Shown here: positions 59,601-64,000 of the stretch, piece by piece
Layout: each line of letters starts with the position of its first letter
How positions within the stretch are numbered: the first letter of the stretch is position 1
Assembly: GCA_035221665.1 (NCBI GenBank)
Contig: CM069143.1
Span: forward strand, 16,554,001-16,618,000
DNA: 64,000 bases
From: Okamejei kenojei
Taxonomy: Eukaryota
Direction of reading: 5' to 3'
Translations under genes and position numbers: made by a program
The notes under the pieces: generated by a model
Databases searched by the model: none
Told to the model about the DNA's origin: nothing
Seen by the model: the letters and a program-made list of their open reading frames with translations, nothing else

Positions 59601-62378
59601 GAGGCTGCACCGCCATTCAATATGATCATGGCTGATCATCCAACTCAGTACCCTGTACCTGCCTTCTCTCCATACCCCCTGATCCCTTCAGCCACAAGGG
59701 CCACATCCAACTCCCTCTTAAATATGGCCAACGAACTGGCCTCAACTACCTTCTGTGGCAGAGAATTCCACAGATTCACCATTCTCTGAGTGAAAAACGA
59801 TTTTCTCATCTCGGTCCTAAATGACTTCCCCCTTATCCTTAAACTGTGACCCCTTGTCCTGGACTTCCCCGACATCGGGAACAATCTTACTGCATCTAGC
59901 CTGTCCAACCCCTTAAGAATTTTGTAAGTCTCTATGAGATCACCCCTCAATCTTCTAAATTCCAGCGAGTACAAGCCGAGTCTATCCAGTCTTTCTTCAT
60001 ATGGAAGTCGTGCCATCCCAGGAATCAGTCTTGCAAACCTTCTCTGTACTCCCTCTATGGCAAGAATGTCTTTCCTCAGATTAGGAGACCAAAACTGTAC
60101 ACAATACTCCAGGTGTGGCCTCACCAAGACCCCCCTATACAACTGCAGTAGAACCTCCCTGCTCTTGTACTCAAATCCTTTTGCTATGAATGCTAACATA
60201 CCATTTGCTTTCTTCACAGCCTGCTGCACCTGCATGCCTACTTTCAATGACTGGTGTACCATGACACCCAGGTCTCGTTGCATCTCCCCTTTTCCTAATC
60301 GGTCACCATTCAAATAATAGTCTACTTTCCTGTTTTTGCCACCAAAGTGGATAACCTCACATTTATCCACATTATACTGCATCTGCCATGCATTTGCCCA
60401 CTCACCCAGTCTATCCAAGTCATCTTGCAGCCTCCTAGCATCCTCCTCATAGCTAAGACTGCCCCCCAGCTTCGTGTAATCCGCAAACTTTGAGATGTTG
60501 CATTTAATTCCCTCGTCCAAATCATTAATGTATATTGTAAATAGCTGGGGACCCAGCACTGAGCCTTGCGGCACCCCACCAGTCACTGCCTGCCATCCTG
60601 AAAAGGACCCGTTCATTCGTACTCTTTGCTTCCTGTCTGCCAGCCAGTTCTCTATCCACATCAATACTGAACCACCAATACCGTGTGCTTTAAGTTTGTA
60701 TACCAATCTCTTGTGTGGGACTTTGTTGAAAGCCTTCTGAAAGTCCAGATATAACACATTCACTGCTTCTCCCTTATCCACTCTACTAGTTACATCCTCA
60801 AAAAATTCAATAAGATTCGTCAGAAATGATTTACCTTTCGTAAATCCATTCTGACTTTGTCCAATGATTTCACCTCTTTCCAAATGCGCTGCTATCCTAA
60901 CTTTAATAACTGACTCTAGCAGTTTCCCCACTACCGATGTTAGACTAACTGGTCTGTAATTCCCTGCTTTCTCTCTCCCTCCCTTTTTAAAATGTGGGGT
61001 TGCATTAGCTACCCTCCAATCCTCAGGAACTACTCCAGAATCTAAAGAGTTTTGAAAAAATATCACTAAGGCATCTGCTATTTCTGGGGCTACTTCCTTA
61101 AGTACCCTGGGATGCAGCCTATCTGGTCCTGGGGATTTATCGGCCTTTAATCCATTCAATTTACCTAACACCACTTTCCGGCTAACCTGGATTTCACTCA
61201 GTTCCTCCATCTCATTTGACCCGCAATCCCCTGCTATTTCCGGCAAATTATTTATGTCTTCCTTAGTGAAGACAGAACCAAAGTAGGTATTCAATTGGTC
61301 TGCCATGTCCTTTTCCCCCGTTTCTGACTGCAAGGGACCTACATTTGTTTTAACTAACCTTTTTCGCTTCACATATCGATAAAAAATGTTTGCAGTCAGT
61401 TTTTATGTTTCCTGCCAGTTTTCTTTCATACTCCATTTTCCCTTTCCTAATTAAGCCCTTTGTCCTCCTCTGTTGGTCTCTGAATTTCTCCCAGTCCCCT
61501 GGTAGGCTGCTTTTTCTGGCTAATTTGTACGCTTCATCTTTTGCTTTGACACTATCCCTGATTTTCCTTGTTATCCACGGATGCGCTACCTTCCCTGATT
61601 TATTCTTTTGCCATACTGGGATGAACAATTGTTGTAGTTCATCCATGCAGTCTTTAAATGACTTCCATTGCATAACCACCGTCAACCCTTCAAGAATCAA
61701 TTGCCAGTCCATCTTGGCCAATTCACGTCTCATACCCTCAAAGTTACCTTTCTTTAAGTTCAGGACCCGTGTTTCTGAATTAACAATGTCACTCTCCATC
61801 CTAATGGAGAACTCAACCATATTATGCTCACTCTTGCCCAACGGGCCACGTGCAACAAGGCTGCTAACTAACCCTTCCTCATTACTCAATACCCAGTCTA
61901 GAATAGCCTGCTCTCTCGTTGGTTCCTCTACATGTTGGTTTAGAAAACTATCCCGCATACATTCCAAGAAATCCTCTTCCTCAGCACCCCTGCCAATTTG
62001 ATTCACCCAATCTATATGTAGATTGAAGTCACCCATTATAACGGTTTTACCTTCGTTGCACGCATTTCTCATTTCCTGTTTGATGCCATCCCCAACTCCA
62101 CTACTACTGTTAGGTGGCCTGTACACAACACCCACTAGTGTTTTCTGCCCCTTAGTATTTCGCAGCTCCACCCATATCGATTCCACATCCTCCAAGCTAA
62201 TGTCATTCCTTTCTATTGCGTTAATCTCCTCTCTAACCATCAACGCTACCCCACCTCCCTTTCCTCTCTGTCTATCCCTCCTGAATATTGAATATCCCTG
62301 GATGTTCAGCTCCCAGCCTTGGTCACCCTGGAGCCATGTCTCCGTGATCCCAACTATATCATAATTATTAATAGCTAG
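59601..62378 (-). mobile_element. Young CR1-clade (HER1-like) LINE, truncated at both ends
   Basis: Contains nearly all of ORF2. The 3' end stops at ...ggcggtgcagcctc. Confidence 0.95.
59645..62378 (-). pseudogene. CR1 ORF2 (AP endonuclease + reverse transcriptase), one frameshift near 61380
   Basis: EN motifs IVGITETWL, GGGVAL, YRPP, MGDFN, LD.VL and SEH. RT motifs YRPVSLTS, YLDFQKAF, GVPQGSVLGP and FADY (FADD mutated). Confidence 0.95.
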
Positions 62379-64000
62379 TAATAAGGATCCAAGGGCCAGC
62401 AATGTCCAAGATGGCCATATCAAGACCAACATATGGAGGGTCCATATATTGGGGTTCCTTCCAGCGCCTTGTTTAGGACTGGAAGATGCCTCCCTACTAT
62501 ATGATTTGGGAGAAGCGGGCAGAATGCAGCTGACCCTGATGCTGGTGTCCCTGCTTAAATGCAAACACCAGCGCACACAAGAGCCACGCTCCGGGTGTCT
62601 CGGAAAAGACACTGAGTTGCTATTCCAGAGGGGACTGGTGAGTCAATGGAACAATCTCTTGCCAGCGGTATCAATTATGTAGTACCTCACCAGCTCCAGC
62701 AAGGTATGATGAAAGTGACTGCAAACAAATATGAGACACCTGTTTAATGTGCATTACTGAAAATGCCTATGGTGACCCAGGTTCTGGGCACCCATGAGTC
62801 CTTCTTTGACGGGACAGGAGGTTCGATGTTAACCTCCTGTTGGGTATTTTATGCAATGCATTTTTCAGGAAATTGCATCAGGGAATATCGTCATCAGGCC
62901 AACACTAAACCAAAAATTTGCTGCTCTATGTAAGGCGACTAATGTACAAACGCCTGAAATATTGTTTGGAATGGACCTTGTCGTGAAAATTTGTGAAATT
63001 CATGATGAGGCCAAAGCAATTGGCTTAATGTAGTCAAGCATTTCGAGGCCACCTATTCGCAACCCTGGGTTAATACTGAAGGTCAGATCCAGGTGCTGGG
63101 CTCAGCAGGGGCAGGCCAGTGGGGCAACGAGGGTACCCACCGAGACAGACCGGCTACAGTCCCAATATGAGCAGAGAACAGCTTTACAACTGTAGAGGTA
63201 CAGGGACTTTTCTTAACGATAAAGCTCTGGTGGCCAATCTGCTATTGGAGGTTGATTACAACTGTTTTCTAATGAACGGTGCTGTATAATGTATGACATG
63301 TTTATACTAAATACTGTCTCACGTCTCCCATTGAGTTTATCTCAGGGATAGATCCACCTCAACAGCACAAGCCTAATAAAATGTGGGTGTTTTCTGCTCA
63401 AGAGCTGAACAGATAGATAATGGTGTCTAATATTTCCCCAGATCTCAAAAAGATGGGTGTTGTAGAGTAATTCTCGTCCTCAATCACTTAAATTAATTTC
63501 TGCTAAACACCTACTATCACAGGGCTGTTATTGGTTTGCAAGATGTGTATTATTCACAGCCAATTCATGCTCATTATCGCAGGTACTTGAAATTTAATTG
63601 GATGGCACAGCTGTGGCAATACAAAGCATTGACTCCTGGATTAAGTTCAGCACCCAGGCTATTTATTAATTTGTTAAAACCTGTGCTGGTGCTATTCAGC
63701 CCATCATCACATTGTAATTGCTTATTTAGCTGATATCTTAATTATCAGCAACACTAATGAGTCAGCTGAAGAATCGCTGCTTGAGTCATTAGGGGTTGCT
63801 CCATCCAATGAAGTCCAAGTTACAGCCAACCCAAAATATTGAGTATTTGGGGTTTCTTATTAATTCCATTGCTATAACAGTAACATTACCAACAGCCAAG
63901 GTTGTCGATGATGATGATGTCTGTACTTGTCTCCCACAAAATGTTAAACCCTCCATCCGATAAGACGCTACGGTTATTAGTAAATGGGGAGCAGGTTCTT

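Larger units (their letters stand above)
59200..64000 (+). mobile_element. DIRS1-type copy 4, heavily decayed, interrupted by CR1, runs off the window
   Basis: 5' ATTTTACTTCGGAGTCACGTGAGTGACTACGTGAAG. Gag remnant IRPTLNQKFAALC..LFG.DL; RT remnant RRYLKFNW..LWQYKAL.PGLSSAPRLF. Confidence 0.88.

Noticed and set aside
62379-62612. Novel N-terminal extension on CR1 ORF 61350-62612
   Set aside because: Chance read-through from antisense DIRS copy 4 sequence into a 5'-truncated CR1.

Overview
Repeat-dense vertebrate genomic DNA. The V-SINE/HE1-like SINEs, CR1(HER1)-like LINEs and Rex1 tails suggest a cartilaginous fish, probably a skate or ray (inference). No intact cellular gene is present, but three short minus-strand candidate exons (53766-53634, 46868-46735, 34071-34003) look like the 3' end of an unidentified host gene. 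The rest is mostly nested mobile elements. These include four DIRS1-type tyrosine-recombinase retrotransposons, Neptune-type Penelope-like elements (PLEs) with many hammerhead-motif pLTR fragments, and a deleted Gypsy with ~100-bp LTRs. There are also CR1, Rex1 and Vingi LINE pieces, a Tc1 IR/DR transposon, Tc2-like and Harbinger-like MITEs, two non-autonomous Helitrons, and a tRNA-Gly pseudogene fused to a Rex1 tail. Three observations stand out. (1) Divergent DIRS copies share positionally conserved, phase-compatible splice sites that would express the recombinase by splicing out RT-RH-MT. (2) A ~95-nt hammerhead-motif unit has moved on its own, with 13-bp TSDs and a fixed 5' end. (3) A coding-dead DIRS has near-perfect terminal repeats, suggesting mobilisation in trans. 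All calls come from reading the sequence; no searches were run.
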